A stretch of 64,000 nucleotides of DNA from a candidate division FCPU426 bacterium (GTDB lineage Bacteria > Oederibacteriota > Muellerivitia > Muellerivitales > Muellerivitaceae): the NCBI GenBank assembly GCA_963796105.1, contig CAWCKJ010000015.1, positions 1 through 64,000 on the forward strand, in the 5' to 3' direction. Positions 62,449-64,000 of this stretch are shown one piece after another (position 1 is the first letter of the stretch; each line of letters starts with the position of its first letter). The notes under the pieces are model-generated. The model worked only from the letters and a program-made list of their open reading frames with translations, had not been told where the DNA came from and did no database searches. The position numbers and the translations under genes were made by a program.

Positions 62449-63357
62449 TTATTTAGTAGAAAAGTTGAATAACGATGGGACCTTTGAAAGATTAGATAGC
62501 GTGTGGTCATAAAGCGGTTTGTCATGAGGACGGTATTTGGCTTTACCATTTAAAGCCTTATTCATTCTTCTGACCCCGATTTTTGAATATTGACCGACCA
62601 ATTCACACCCCCAAAATTTACGTTTGTGAATTACAGAAGCGACTCCCGCAGATGACACTCCTGCAAACGGATCAAAAACGAGATCATCTTTTTCTGTTGT
62701 AGCCAAGATTAACCGTTCGATTAAGCCTACTGGAAATTGACAAGGATGTATTGTTTTTTCTACGTGGTTACTTTTTACATTTGGAATTTCCCAAACATCT
62801 TCAGGATTTTTCCCCAATGGATTACCGGAGTATTGACCCGCTTTGGGGCCTTTGAAATGTTTTTTTCCAGGATACTTTGAGGGAACTCGAACCGAATCGA
62901 GATTAAATTTATATTCATCCGTTTTTGTGTACCACATAACAACTTCATATCTTCCGCTGAACCTTTTTTTGCAATGCAAACCGTGGCCAAATTTCCAAAC
63001 AATTCTATTTCTTAATTGCATTTTAAGATTCTTAAAAATTGGAGCTAATTCAATATCTAACGGTTGGATAATTCCATTCTCGATATAATTTCCAACTTGC
63101 CAGCACAAGCTACCGCTATCTTTTAAGCGCGGATAAATTTTCTTAATGATCCGTTCTTGCCAATTTAAATAGATATCTAACGTTTTCTTTTTTTCATAAT
63201 CTTTTCCAATGTTATAGGGTGGCGAGGTAACAACAAGATCGAAAAGGGGTTTTAGAGGAAGGTTATCGAGAAAACTTTCAGAATCACCATTCCAAACGAA
63301 GTAATCAGAAAGCGTATTTGGTAAAGGAAACTTAGAAGAAAATTGAACTTGTTTCAA
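62449..63357 (-). CDS. site-specific DNA methyltransferase (beta class, probably N4-cytosine)
   Basis: TSPPYN precedes HPCQFP and DPFAG. Confidence 0.93.
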   Translation of the reverse strand: MKQVQFSSKFPLPNTLSDYFVWNGDSESFLDNLPLKPLFDLVVTSPPYNIGKDYEKKKTLDIYLNWQERIIKKIYPRLKDSGSLCWQVGNYIENGIIQPLDIELAPIFKNLKMQLRNRIVWKFGHGLHCKKRFSGRYEVVMWYTKTDEYKFNLDSVRVPSKYPGKKHFKGPKAGQYSGNPLGKNPEDVWEIPNVKSNHVEKTIHPCQFPVGLIERLILATTEKDDLVFDPFAGVSSAGVASVIHKRKFWGCELVGQYSKIGVRRMNKALNGKAKYRPHDKPLYDHTLSNLSKVPSLFNFSTK

Positions 63358-63437
63358 TTGAATGAGGACCCCTTTCGAAAGTATACACTAGTATACTTTC
63401 CGCCCAACTATATATCATCTGGTGATTCTAGTTTATA

Positions 63438-64000
63438 CCTGAATTTTGCGCCTAATAAAAAAACCATCTAGGAAACCATTATAGGATAAGGGTTGCGAAG
63501 CCAACTCATCCTAAAAGAGGGTCCCCCAGATGGTGAAACGTCAAGATACGCCTCAGAAATCAAACCCGCAAGTCCAGAAAAAAGCCAATCGAAACGGGAG
63601 AATCGCGCCCAAGATTACGGCCAATACTCCCGTAGGTATTTGCGAAGACCGCCTAACAGCTTTTGGCGGATTGTTGGCATTGGCGAAGATGTTCGACCTT
63701 CTTGATTTTGAGCGGGAATTCAAAAAACACTATGCCGCACCTAAACGCCTTCCGAATTTGGGCCACTACCGGATGGTAAGCGGCATCCTAATGCTTCTTT
63801 TCATCGGGTTCCAAAGACTTGGCCATTTTGCCTACCTGCGGGGTGAGGTCATGCTGTGCGGTTTACTGCGGGTTCCCTTGTTGCCGGTAGTGACAACTTT
63901 TTGGAGATACCTGAGGTCGCTGGGGATCGGGCAGTCGGCATCGTTGCTGAATCTGAGTGGGGCGTTACGGGCCAAGGTTTGGGGACAGGTGAAATATGCC
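63438..64000 (+). mobile_element. IS1380-family element, left part (transposase from 63530, truncated by window)
   Basis: Open frame 63530-64000 with RLTAFGGL, GFQRL.HF.YLR, LP..TTFWRYL; candidate left end CCTGAA at 63438. Confidence 0.75.

Larger units (their letters stand above)
52345..63357 (-). mobile_element. integrative mobilisable element (far boundary not determined)
   Basis: Integrase, excisionase, relaxase, coupling protein and RHH next to a tRNA, followed by AT-rich cargo. Confidence 0.7.

Overview
Accessory-rich bacterial region, almost entirely on the minus strand. From left to right: (1) a RIT (recombinase-in-trio) element at 351-3894 with perfect 37-bp inverted repeats and a 7-bp flanking direct repeat; (2) a mobilisation module (VirD4-like coupling protein plus Replic_Relax/MOBC-like relaxase) with a putative toxin-antitoxin pair and a DUF4238 gene; (3) an AT-rich, ~13-kb cluster of probable defence genes, including an unusual ABC-ATPase/SAM-methyltransferase fusion next to an HNH-like gene; (4) a cobamide salvage/remodelling cluster under two related cobalamin riboswitches, including the CbpA peptide (missed by the ORF track) and the CbpB radical SAM enzyme; (5) an oxidative-stress and Fe/Mn/Ni homeostasis cluster (katG, ferritins, porins, hemP, NRAMP, DyP peroxidase, TonB receptor, nikR) with Fur boxes and repeated AGCCAG-terminator leaders; (6) tRNA-Thr(CGT) abutting a second integrative mobilisable element (integrase, excisionase, relaxase, coupling protein) followed by a five-gene MTase / degenerate BglII-like REase / ParB-like / SNF2 / DUF3883 operon; (7) the start of an IS1380-family element. 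Best candidates for undescribed systems: the five-gene RM-derived operon, the HNH plus ATPase-MTase pair, and HemP-linked attenuators on porin genes. All family assignments come from motif recognition by eye; no database searches were run.
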